Shown here piece by piece: positions 8,131 to 16,487 of a DNA stretch of 50,240 nt. The position numbers and the translations under genes are program-made. The DNA is from Miltoncostaeaceae bacterium (GTDB lineage: Bacteria > Actinomycetota > Thermoleophilia > Miltoncostaeales > Miltoncostaeaceae). The stretch's first letter is position 1. Every line of letters begins with the position of its first letter. The stretch lies in the NCBI GenBank assembly GCA_044233875.1, contig JBIIJJ010000001.1:1-50240 (forward strand), written 5' to 3'. The notes beneath the pieces were generated by a model. It had not been told where the DNA came from, did not search any database, and worked only from the letters and a program-made list of their open reading frames with translations.

Positions 8131-10584
8131 CTACCTCGTGGGGGTCACGATGGTGCAGGGCCCCACCACGCGATCGTCGGCATCGACGATCGCCCGCGTC
8201 TGCGAGGTGCGGCAGAGCACCCGGTCGCCGCCCTTTCCATCTGCGGCGTTGATGTACGTGGGTCCCGTACCGCCCACGAGGGTGTCCGGTCCCGGGCCGC
8301 CCTTCAGCAGGATCCGATTGGCGCCTCGGGCCACCAGGCGATCGGGGCCCGGGCCACCCGCGGCCACGGAGTCCTTGCCGCTCACCACGATTCGGTCGCG
8401 ACCCTGGCCGCCCCAGGCAACGGCGCCCGCGCCCGTGAGCCCGATGCGGTCGCCGCCGGGGCCTCCCCAGGCGATGGCGTTGAACGAGCGGCTGCGCAGG
8501 GTGTCGCGCCCGCGGGTGCCGAATGCCATGGCGCCCTGCACCTGCGCGCCCACGCCGGTGGCGCGGCAGAGGGCGGTGCCCTGCATGCGCGTGCCGATGT
8601 TGGCCTTGGGCGAGGTGATGGTGGCACCCGCCTGCCCCAGCGACACACTGAAGGCGGTGGAGCGGCCCGGCGATGCCGCGAAGGCCTCGAGCGGGTAGTA
8701 ACCCACCGGGCACTTCAGCGTGACCGAGCGCTTGGAACTGGTGACCCGGCGAGATGCGTGCACCGAGCGGGTTGCCGTATCCATGGGCTTGAGGCCGCGC
8801 GGGCGCGTGGTGCCCCTGGTGCCGCCCCGTCGCGCCATCTCCGATGCGCCGTCCGCAGATGCGGCGCCGCGCCCATACGGCAGGTAGCTGAAGACGTACT
8901 CCCAGCTCTTCGAGGTGCCCTGGATCCACTGGGTCCCATCGGGCGAGAACTTGGGCACGAGGGTCATGGGCGTGTTGATGGTGAAGGAGAACGACACCGA
9001 GCCCGAGCCGTTGCTGACCGTGCCGCTGCCCAGGTACTTGCCGCTGTTCTTGGCGTCGTAGAGCTGCACGGGGCCCGACCATCCGGGCACCGACACCGAC
9101 ACGGTTGCCTTGCCGGTGCTGGTGTTGACCGACGGCGTGCCGAGCGTGATGTTCGTGCCAATGGGGCCACCGGTCACCACAGAGATGCTGCCCGACGTCG
9201 CGGAGCTGCCCATGGTGGCGTTGTCACCGCCATAGGTGGTGGTGACGGTGTACGTGCCCGGCGTGGAGGGCGGGCACCACTGCGGCGTGGCCTGACCGCC
9301 CGACAGCGTGGCGCTACCCGAGCCTGCGCCCGAGGCCGTCACCGTGCCGGTGGCCGTGCTGGGCGACATGGTGGTGGGCAGGTTCACCATCGAGCACACG
9401 GAGGTGCCCGACTGCGTGCCCACGTACACCTGCTTCGGGAACGTGGTGTTGGTGGTGGAATTCACCGGCGCCGTGATGGGCAGCGCGTATGACTGCCCGG
9501 CCTGCACGCCGGTGGTGGTGTTGGCCGAGACCTTGGCCACGAGGGTGAGCTTCTGGCCCGGCGTGAAGGCGAACGGGATGCTCACCGTGCCCACCGGGTT
9601 CGTGGTGCTGAGGCCGGTCACCGCGACGGGCGCCGCGGTGAGGGGCTTGCCCGAGACGGCGTCCACCAGCATCACGGGAACGCTGGAGGGCACCGGGTCC
9701 GACGAGCCGGGGGCCGGCGTGGCGTCGACGGTCACCTGGGCGGTGCCCGTGAGCGTGGCCGGGTTGAACTTGACGGCCGGGTTGATGGACACCCCCGTGC
9801 CACCCGCCACGTTCACCGTGTAGGCGGTGGTGATGTTGCCGAGCGCGCTGCTGCTGCCCGGCCAGGCCACCTGGATGGAGCGCGAGCCCTTGATGGCGGG
9901 CGTCCACGAGATCTTGGCGGTGCCGTCGCCCTGGATCGTCTGGACTGCCACGCCCACGCCGTTGTCCTCCAGCACCACCTGCTGCCCGGCGGCCTCGTTG
10001 CCCGGGGACACGCTCACGTTCACCGTGTAGGTCACCCCAGCCTTCGACGTGCCGTTGTCAGGCAGGTTCTTGGCAGTGATCGACGAGATGGTGAGCACCG
10101 CGGGCGGGTTGGTCCACACCGGGTCGTTGTAGCCACAGCCGTTCGTGAACCCGCTCACGCTGGCCGCGCCGAGCGTGTAGAGGTACGCGGCACCCCAGGT
10201 GTGGCTGCCGGTGCCCCAGTTCGTGGCCGTCACCGAGCCGCTGCCGAAGATCTCGGCGTGGGCGTAGGTGAACTCCTTGTCGTCGCTGGAGTCCCAGCAG
10301 TAATACTGCGGGAAGTACGTGACGTTGATGGCCTGGGAGAAGGTCTGGCTGTCGCCCGGCCCGATGCTGTTGCCGCCGTCGTGGTACTCCTCGGCGCAGA
10401 GGTACGACTGCCCGTTGGCGGCCTTCACGGCGCTCGACGAGGTCGAGGTCATCACGCTCTGCTTGCTCGGGCAGCTGCCCGTGCTGGAGCTCTTCGTGGT
10501 GGTCTGGGCGGTGGCGGTGGCGGCCAGGCCGAGGCTCGCGAGCGCGGCCAAGGCGGCGACAGTAAGGGCGGATCGCGGATTCAT
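8131..10584 (-). CDS. Secreted Ig-like repeat protein with Cys-rich N-domain and C-terminal RTX-like GGxGxD repeats
   Basis: Track ORF trimmed to ATG 10584 (MNPRSALTVAALAALASLGLAATATAQ, a Sec signal). T/S/G/V-rich beta-sandwich-like repeats. The tail carries GGPGGDRIG, GGQGRDRIV, GGPGPDRLV, GGPGPDTLV and GKGGDRVL. Confidence 0.7.
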   Translation of the reverse strand: MNPRSALTVAALAALASLGLAATATAQTTTKSSSTGSCPSKQSVMTSTSSSAVKAANGQSYLCAEEYHDGGNSIGPGDSQTFSQAINVTYFPQYYCWDSSDDKEFTYAHAEIFGSGSVTATNWGTGSHTWGAAYLYTLGAASVSGFTNGCGYNDPVWTNPPAVLTISSITAKNLPDNGTSKAGVTYTVNVSVSPGNEAAGQQVVLEDNGVGVAVQTIQGDGTAKISWTPAIKGSRSIQVAWPGSSSALGNITTAYTVNVAGGTGVSINPAVKFNPATLTGTAQVTVDATPAPGSSDPVPSSVPVMLVDAVSGKPLTAAPVAVTGLSTTNPVGTVSIPFAFTPGQKLTLVAKVSANTTTGVQAGQSYALPITAPVNSTTNTTFPKQVYVGTQSGTSVCSMVNLPTTMSPSTATGTVTASGAGSGSATLSGGQATPQWCPPSTPGTYTVTTTYGGDNATMGSSATSGSISVVTGGPIGTNITLGTPSVNTSTGKATVSVSVPGWSGPVQLYDAKNSGKYLGSGTVSNGSGSVSFSFTINTPMTLVPKFSPDGTQWIQGTSKSWEYVFSYLPYGRGAASADGASEMARRGGTRGTTRPRGLKPMDTATRSVHASRRVTSSKRSVTLKCPVGYYPLEAFAASPGRSTAFSVSLGQAGATITSPKANIGTRMQGTALCRATGVGAQVQGAMAFGTRGRDTLRSRSFNAIAWGGPGGDRIGLTGAGAVAWGGQGRDRIVVSGKDSVAAGGPGPDRLVARGANRILLKGGPGPDTLVGGTGPTYINAADGKGGDRVLCRTSQTRAIVDADDRVVGPCTIVTPTR

Positions 10585-10753
10585 GTGCGCGAATGTGCCA
10601 CATGCCCCGCAATTGCCGAGTAGGGGTTCCCCGACAGTCCAGGGCACCGCGTGAGCGACACCGTGCCCTGGGCGGCGATGCCCGACGTCAGCCGTGCCTG
10701 AGCCGCGCGCGAGCACTTGGCCTGGCCGGCAGCGACGCCTGGACCAGCACGCG

Positions 10754-11956
10754 TCAGTGCACGTGCACGTGCCCGCCGGCCACGTGGCCAGCAGGCAGCC
10801 GTGCGGCCATGTAGGCGGCGATGGCCGTGGTGAGCGGGGCCGCCAGCACCAGGCCGATCGATCCGACCAGTGTGGCCACCACCTCGACCGCCACGGCCTC
10901 GGAGGTGACGGCCGCGGTGAACGATGCATCAGCCAGGCCAAAAACCAGCAGCACCGGCAGCGCCGCGCCTGCATAGGCCAGCACCAGGGTGTTCACCGTG
11001 GCCGCCACGTGGTCGTGGCCCACGGCCATGCCGCGGCGGAACAGCTCGCGCCCACCCAGGCGCGGATTGGCAGCGCGCAGGGCCATCACCGTTGATGCCT
11101 GGCTCACCGTCAGGTCATCGAGCACGCCCAGCGTGGCGATGACAACGCCGGCGATCAGAAGGTCACGCAGCGAGAGGTCGGTGGCAAACGCCCGCAGGTA
11201 CGAGGCCTCCTCCGATGAGAATCCCGTCAGGTGGGCAAGGCCGGCCATCAGCATCACCAGCAGCAGGGTCACCACCAGGGCAACGGTGGTGCCGAGGATG
11301 GCCGCGACCGAGCGGGGAGAGATTCCGTGCGCCACGGGGATGGTCACCAGCATCACCGCGAGCGCGCCCACAAGCGCCACGGCCACCGGTGGCTGGCCGC
11401 CCAGGATTGCGGGGATGATGAAGCCGATCACCACCAGCAGGCTGATGGACAGGCCGATAAGCGCGCGCAGGCCCTTCCACCGTGCCGCGATGATCACCAG
11501 CAGGCCGAAGGCGACGGCCAGCAAGAGCAGTGGTGTGCCGCGCTCGAAGTCGCTGAATGCGTAGCGATCCACCTGGACCCCACCGATGCCCTCCGGGAGC
11601 TGCGCCCCGGACCGGATCACGCGCACTGAGTCGCCCACGTCGATGGGCAGCCCCGCCGCATCGAAGGCCTGCTGGGTGCCGGCGTCAGGCCCCTCGGCCA
11701 CGCGCACCGTCACGCGTCGACACTCGCCGGCCTCCACCCCCGGGGCGGCCGCGCATGGCCTCGCCTGCACCGCCACCACCTCGGCCCCGAGCGTGGCCGA
11801 CTGCCCTCCGTTGGACGGTGCTTCACCACTCGGCCACAGGGCAAAGATGCCGATCACCACGACGAGCGCGATTACTGCGACCGCGCCCAGCAGGGCCTGT
11901 GGCCCGGGCCGCCCGCGATACGTGGTGATCATGTCGCGCAGATCGCCCGGAAGCAC
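10754..11956 (-). CDS. YibE/F family membrane protein with His-rich C-terminal tail
   Basis: Track ORF of 400 aa. One N-terminal TM, an extracytoplasmic domain, then a multi-TM YibE/F-like core. It ends AGHVAGGHVHVH. The start could instead be the internal Met at about 11932. Confidence 0.6.
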   Translation of the reverse strand: MLPGDLRDMITTYRGRPGPQALLGAVAVIALVVVIGIFALWPSGEAPSNGGQSATLGAEVVAVQARPCAAAPGVEAGECRRVTVRVAEGPDAGTQQAFDAAGLPIDVGDSVRVIRSGAQLPEGIGGVQVDRYAFSDFERGTPLLLLAVAFGLLVIIAARWKGLRALIGLSISLLVVIGFIIPAILGGQPPVAVALVGALAVMLVTIPVAHGISPRSVAAILGTTVALVVTLLLVMLMAGLAHLTGFSSEEASYLRAFATDLSLRDLLIAGVVIATLGVLDDLTVSQASTVMALRAANPRLGGRELFRRGMAVGHDHVAATVNTLVLAYAGAALPVLLVFGLADASFTAAVTSEAVAVEVVATLVGSIGLVLAAPLTTAIAAYMAARLPAGHVAGGHVHVH

Positions 11957-12016
11957 GGCGCCACGGTACCGATGACCGCGGCCGACGCCGCCGCCCCGCT
12001 GTCACAATGCCGGGGC

Positions 12017-12090
12017 GGGCGCGTAGCTCAGTTGGTTAGAGCAGGGGACTCATAATCCCTGGGTCGCAGGTTCGAGTCCTGCCGCGCCCA
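12017..12090 (+). tRNA. tRNA with CAU anticodon (elongator Met or lysidine-modified Ile2)
   Basis: Hand-folded cloverleaf: acceptor GGGCGCG/CGCGCCC, D arm GCTC/GAGC, anticodon arm GGGGA-CTCATAA-TCCCT, T arm GCAGG-TTCGAGT-CCTGC. G1-C72 is paired, so it is not an initiator. No encoded CCA. Confidence 0.9.
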
Positions 12091-12251
12091 TCACGATGTG
12101 CAGGGATCTGGCTGTCTCCTTTGCCTGTGCGTTCGCGTCTAGGTGCGGCCCCGTGCGGAATGACCCGTTGACGACAGATGGGCGGCCCCAGTCCGGCGGA
12201 GACACGCCGGGCTGGGGGTAGACTCACTCTTCCCCAACCGGAACTGGTGTC

Positions 12252-13379
12252 ATGAGTCGACATAACCTCATCGCCCTCGCCGTCGTCCCAATGGCGCTTG
12301 CAGCGCCAGCCGCCGCGAGCGCGGCCATGGCCTACATCACAACACCGCTCGACACCAAGGTGCAGGGCCAGGTGATGGTTGCGAGCGACGACGGCTCCGG
12401 CGCGCGCGCCGTCGCCTCAGGGGAATTCGCTGCCATCTCGCCCGACGGCACGAAGGTCGCCTACCACGATTACGGCAATTTCAGCCAGCCCCCAGCCCCC
12501 AAGATCGGGGTGGTGGATATCGCCACCGGCGAGAGGGTATTGCTCACAGGCATGGAGTGCGTTGGCGAACTCATCTGGGCGCCCAATTCGCGACTGATCG
12601 CATGCCAGACGCAGTCGAGCAACGCCAAGGGGTATCTCAGCGGCAACGGCCTCGGGCTCGTCTCCATACCTCCCAGCCTCGCGGGGGTGGCCGGCCTCGA
12701 GGTGAAGAGCTGGATCCCCGCCCGCGGCAACGCCGTCGATCGCAGCGTGGCTTTTTCGCCGGACTCCGCGAGCATCGCATTTGCCTGGCGGCGGTATTCG
12801 CAGGACGAGGGCGCCAGCAGCCTGTACGTCGCACCTGTCGCAACCCCCTCTGCGCGCAGGCGGGTGCTCACGCGAGCCACTTCGCCCGTATGGGGAGCGC
12901 CCGGCATCGCCGCATCACGGCAGGGGAGGGTGCGCACTGAAGTGACGCTCGAGGGCAAGCGATTCTCCATGATCGAAATCGTGCCCACGCAGATATGGAC
13001 CGTGCGGCCTGACGGCACCGGGGCGCGACGCGCCACGGGCTTCCGGTGGCGGGCGCAGGGATTCAGCGCCGGGCTGATTCCGGCGGCATGGTCGCCTGCG
13101 GGCGCCCACATTGCCGGCACAGTCGGCGAGATCTCATGCCAGGCCGCGCAGGCAGGCGTCGCCAACATCAGCGCTTCCACCGGCAAGGTGCAACTCCTGA
13201 TGAAGAGGACCTCCGCGAGCCCGGTCGCCTACTCGGCTGACGGCCAGCGCATCCTCGTCAACGACGGATGCAAGGGCCGCCAGGCGAAGATCGAGGTCGT
13301 CAACGTGAATGGCAGCGCACGGCGGACCCTCGTGGCGAACGCCGGCGTGGTATCCGTGAGCGCAGGCTGGAACGGCTGA
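12252..13379 (+). CDS. Secreted TolB-like beta-propeller (PD40-repeat) protein
   Basis: Signal peptide ...APAAASAAMA. Repeated SPDG-type PD40 motifs (ISPDGTKVAY, FSPDSASIAF, VRPDGTG, YSADGQRILV). Its GC3 is visibly lower than that of its neighbours. Confidence 0.6.
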   Translation: MSRHNLIALAVVPMALAAPAAASAAMAYITTPLDTKVQGQVMVASDDGSGARAVASGEFAAISPDGTKVAYHDYGNFSQPPAPKIGVVDIATGERVLLTGMECVGELIWAPNSRLIACQTQSSNAKGYLSGNGLGLVSIPPSLAGVAGLEVKSWIPARGNAVDRSVAFSPDSASIAFAWRRYSQDEGASSLYVAPVATPSARRRVLTRATSPVWGAPGIAASRQGRVRTEVTLEGKRFSMIEIVPTQIWTVRPDGTGARRATGFRWRAQGFSAGLIPAAWSPAGAHIAGTVGEISCQAAQAGVANISASTGKVQLLMKRTSASPVAYSADGQRILVNDGCKGRQAKIEVVNVNGSARRTLVANAGVVSVSAGWNG

Positions 13380-13425
13380 TCCGGAGTCGGTTCCGGGAGC
13401 GACTGACGCCGAGAGCACCACACTT

Positions 13426-13465
13426 CGCGTAGTTCCCAGGCGCAGGTTCGAGTGCTGCCGCGCCT
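13426..13465 (+). pseudogene. Internally deleted copy of the tRNA-CAU gene
   Basis: CGCGTAG (matches tRNA nt 12020-12026), then TTCCCAGG, then 24 nt at 13441-13464 that match tRNA 12065-12088 at 23/24. The D loop through the anticodon is missing and one T-stem pair is broken. Confidence 0.65.
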
Positions 13466-13495
13466 ATTGAGATTTCTCGGGAAGCGGGGCCTCTC

Positions 13496-14287
13496 TCAGG
13501 GGCGTGCGGCGACCGCGAACAGCTTGCAGTAGTCGTACTCGAAACCGTCGGGGCCGGCGGCGTCGTGCAGCGCCCGGTCGATGCGCTGGTCGAGCTCGCT
13601 GAAGCCGCCCGGCGGGTTGTCGAGCAGGTGCGCTGCCACCGATCGCGTGCGGGCCATGAACGCGTCGGGGTCTGTGTGCCGCCTGCGGCGCTCCATCCAC
13701 ACGTCAACGGGCTCGAGGCCCGCCGCGCGCAGGTAGTCGGCGATCTGGTCCACGTCGAGCTGGTTCGTGGCGAACCACTCCGTCCACGCGGGCGGGGCGT
13801 CCACGCTCACCAGCAGGTCGCGCCAGGCCCCCTCCCCACCGTGGCCTGCGGTGAGGATGCCCATCACCCCTCCCGGGCGCAGGGCGCGCGCCATGCGGGC
13901 GATGGCGCCGGGCTTATCGGGGAACCAGTGGAGGGCCATCGCGCAGATCACGGCGTCGAACGCGCCATCGGGCACATCCATCTGCATGACGTCCTCGGCG
14001 CGGAGCTCCACCTGCACATCCGGGAACTCGCCGCCCAGCTTGGCGCTGAACTGCTCGAGCATCCCCTCGGAGGGATCGACGCCCACGATGCGCTGCACGT
14101 CGAAGCGCTGCACCATGGCGGCGGATGTCCACCCCGTGCCACAACCCACATCGAGCACCGTGCCGTACCCGCCATCCGGCAGCGACATCACCAGGCGCTC
14201 GGAGCCCGCGATGTTGTGCCGTACGGCCTCGTCGTAGGTGTTTGCGGCCTTGGTGAAGCCCTCGGCGGCGCTCTTCTGCGTCCCCAC
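13496..14287 (-). CDS. Class I SAM-dependent methyltransferase (paralog of 4019..4822)
   Basis: Track ORF of 263 aa with a GTG start. VLDVGCGTGW SAM motif. Confidence 0.8.
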   Translation of the reverse strand: MGTQKSAAEGFTKAANTYDEAVRHNIAGSERLVMSLPDGGYGTVLDVGCGTGWTSAAMVQRFDVQRIVGVDPSEGMLEQFSAKLGGEFPDVQVELRAEDVMQMDVPDGAFDAVICAMALHWFPDKPGAIARMARALRPGGVMGILTAGHGGEGAWRDLLVSVDAPPAWTEWFATNQLDVDQIADYLRAAGLEPVDVWMERRRRHTDPDAFMARTRSVAAHLLDNPPGGFSELDQRIDRALHDAAGPDGFEYDYCKLFAVAARP

Positions 14288-14288
14288 C

Positions 14289-14426
14289 CTACGAGCCCTC
14301 GGGCACCGGGTACTCGGCGCCGCACCACTCGCAGTGCGTCACCTCCTGATTGGCTTCTTCCTCGCTCTCGAGAACGGCGTCCTTGCCGCAGTCGGGGCAC
14401 GTCTTGGTCGCGTCGTCGTCACCCAT
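14289..14426 (-). CDS. Small CxxC...CxxC zinc-ribbon protein, Trm112-like (45 aa)
   Basis: MGDDDATKTCPDCGKDAVLESEEEANQEVTHCEWCGAEYPVPEGS. GGGGAG RBS upstream. Its stop lies 1 nt before the methyltransferase GTG. It was trimmed from the 102-aa track ORF. Confidence 0.55.
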   Translation of the reverse strand: MGDDDATKTCPDCGKDAVLESEEEANQEVTHCEWCGAEYPVPEGS

Positions 14427-14562
14427 GGTCGCGTCTCCCCATCGCGTGGTTACCGCCGTAATCATGGCCCACGTGGTCTCCGGCTGCCTCCACGAGGCCG
14501 GCCGACGCCACACGTGACCGCGTCCATCCCCGCCCCCTGACGCATCACTAGCCTCCCGCCGA

Positions 14563-15234
14563 ATGATTCCGTGGCTTGGCGAGATAGCGCAGGGCATACC
14601 GGCGATCCTCTCCGTGGGCGACCCCGAGACCCTGGTGGCCAGCCTTGGCTACCTGGCGGTGTTCCTGCTGGTGATGGGCGATGGGGTCATCCCCATCTTC
14701 CCCGGCGAGACATCCATCGTCGTGGCGGCGGTGTTCGCGGCCAATGGCGACCTCAACATCTGGCTGGTCATCGTGGCCGGAGCCCTCGGCGCCGTCGCAG
14801 GTGACTCCATCGCCTTCTGGATGGGACGCGGCGGCGGGCCCTGGATGCGCAAGCACCTCGGTCGCGCGGTGGGCCCCGACCGCGTGGCGGTGGCCGAGCA
14901 CATGGTGCATCGCCAGGGCGACCTGCTGGTCTTCACCCAGCGCTTCATCACCATCCTGCGGCTGGCGATCAACATCGTGCTTGGCGCCGGCACCATTGCC
15001 TACCGCCGCTACCTGGCCATCGACACCGCCGCGGCCTTCGTGTGGTCGGCGCAGGGGGCACTGATCGGCTACGTGAGCGGCAAGCTCTTCCCCGGCGAGA
15101 CATGGATCGCCGTGGTCGTGGCGCTGTCGGTTGCCGCAGTGCTCATCGGCATCATCGTGCTGCGCGAGCGCCGCCGAATCGTGCGCGAGCGCCGGATGAT
15201 GGAGCAGGAGGGCGCGGGCCCGCTGGCACCCTAG
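14563..15234 (+). CDS. DedA family membrane protein
   Basis: Track ORF of 223 aa with DedA-type motifs (GDGVIPIFPGET, GDSIAFWMGR). Confidence 0.8.
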   Translation: MIPWLGEIAQGIPAILSVGDPETLVASLGYLAVFLLVMGDGVIPIFPGETSIVVAAVFAANGDLNIWLVIVAGALGAVAGDSIAFWMGRGGGPWMRKHLGRAVGPDRVAVAEHMVHRQGDLLVFTQRFITILRLAINIVLGAGTIAYRRYLAIDTAAAFVWSAQGALIGYVSGKLFPGETWIAVVVALSVAAVLIGIIVLRERRRIVRERRMMEQEGAGPLAP

Positions 15235-16487
15235 GAGCCGAGCACCTCGGTCACCATGACGGCGCCCACGGTGCGGTTGCTCCCCGGGTCGACCAGCACC
15301 ATGGAGCCCATCTCCCGGTTCACCGCGTAGGGCTGCACGGCGAGGGGCTGGGCGAGCATGAGGGTGGCGATGCCGAGGTCGTTTGCCTCGAGGGCGTCGG
15401 CCTGCTCATGCTTCATCGCGTCGAGGTCGAGGCGCTCGTGGAGCTCCTCCACGATGGCCGGCACGAGGCGGGCGCTCTGGCGCACCTCCAGGCGGGCCGG
15501 CGCGCTGAGCGGGTTCTCGTCGAGCCAGGCGATGGTCACCTTCACGCGCGTTGCCACCTGCGGCGGGTCGGCCACGGGGGCCAGCACGTCGCCGCGGCTC
15601 ACGTCGATGTCGGTGGCCAGGTGCAGCGCCACGCTCAGCGGCGCGCTGGCCATGTCGCGGGCCTCGCCCAGCACGTCGATGGCCGTGACGGTCGAGCTCT
15701 TGCCGCTGGGCAGGGCGATGACCTCATCCCCCACCCGCACCGTGCCGCTGGTGATGCGGCCGGCCAGGGCGCGCACGTCGGCACCGCCCTCGTCGTGGCG
15801 GGTCACCCACTGCACCGGCATGCGGAAGGCCTCCTCGGCGATGAGGCGGTCGAGGTCGTGCAGCACCTCGAGAACCGTGGGGCCGGAGTACCAGGCCAGC
15901 TTGTCGGACCGCTCGGTGATGTTGATGCCCTCGAGCGCCGACAGCGGAATGGCCGTGATGCGCGGGCCGTCCACCGCCTCCGATGCCGCGCGGAGCTCAT
16001 CGGCCAGCTCGTTGAAGCGCCCCTCGTCGTAATCGACCAGGTCGATCTTGTTCACGCAGGCGATCACGTCCTCCACGCCCAGCATGGCGCAGATGGCCAG
16101 GTGTCGGCGGGTCTGGGAGGTGAGGCCGTTCTTGGCGTCCACGAGCAGGATCGCCACGTCGGCGCCGGCGGCGGCGGTCACCATGTTGCGGGTGTACTGC
16201 TCGTGCCCCGGGGCGTCACCCAGCAGGATGCGCCTGCCGTTGGCGTCGAACGACCGGTAGGCCACGTCGATGGTGATGCCCTGCTCGCGCTCGGCACGCA
16301 GGCCGTCGGTGAGAAGCGCGAGGTCGAGGAACTTGCGCCCGCGCTTGCGCGAGGCCTCCTCCACATGGGCGATCTCGTCTGCGTTCAGATGGCCGGTCTC
16401 GTAGAGCAGGCGGCCGATCAGCGTGCTCTTGCCGTCATCCACCGATCCCACGGCGACGGCATGCAGCATCGGGCTCTCAGCGGGCAC
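15231..16487 (-). CDS. cysN: Sulfate adenylyltransferase subunit 1 (GTPase)
   Basis: GSVDDGKST P-loop, DAPGHEQY and NKIDL G-motifs. It is downstream of cysD with a 1-nt TAGTG overlap. Confidence 0.9.
   Translation of the reverse strand: MPAESPMLHAVAVGSVDDGKSTLIGRLLYETGHLNADEIAHVEEASRKRGRKFLDLALLTDGLRAEREQGITIDVAYRSFDANGRRILLGDAPGHEQYTRNMVTAAAGADVAILLVDAKNGLTSQTRRHLAICAMLGVEDVIACVNKIDLVDYDEGRFNELADELRAASEAVDGPRITAIPLSALEGINITERSDKLAWYSGPTVLEVLHDLDRLIAEEAFRMPVQWVTRHDEGGADVRALAGRITSGTVRVGDEVIALPSGKSSTVTAIDVLGEARDMASAPLSVALHLATDIDVSRGDVLAPVADPPQVATRVKVTIAWLDENPLSAPARLEVRQSARLVPAIVEELHERLDLDAMKHEQADALEANDLGIATLMLAQPLAVQPYAVNREMGSMVLVDPGSNRTVGAVMVTEVLGS

Noticed and set aside
8050-9492. 480-aa plus-strand ORF, plus the overlapping ORFs 8075..9082 and 9314..9907
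   Set aside because: These are shadow frames of the Ig-repeat/RTX gene. They are Gly/Arg/His-rich, with no start context or motifs.
12229-12251. GGAAC-TGGT-GTCAT just before the TolB-like gene, resembling the lexA operator left half and spacer
   Set aside because: The right half (GTCA) does not match GTTC, so only one half-site is present. This is likely chance.
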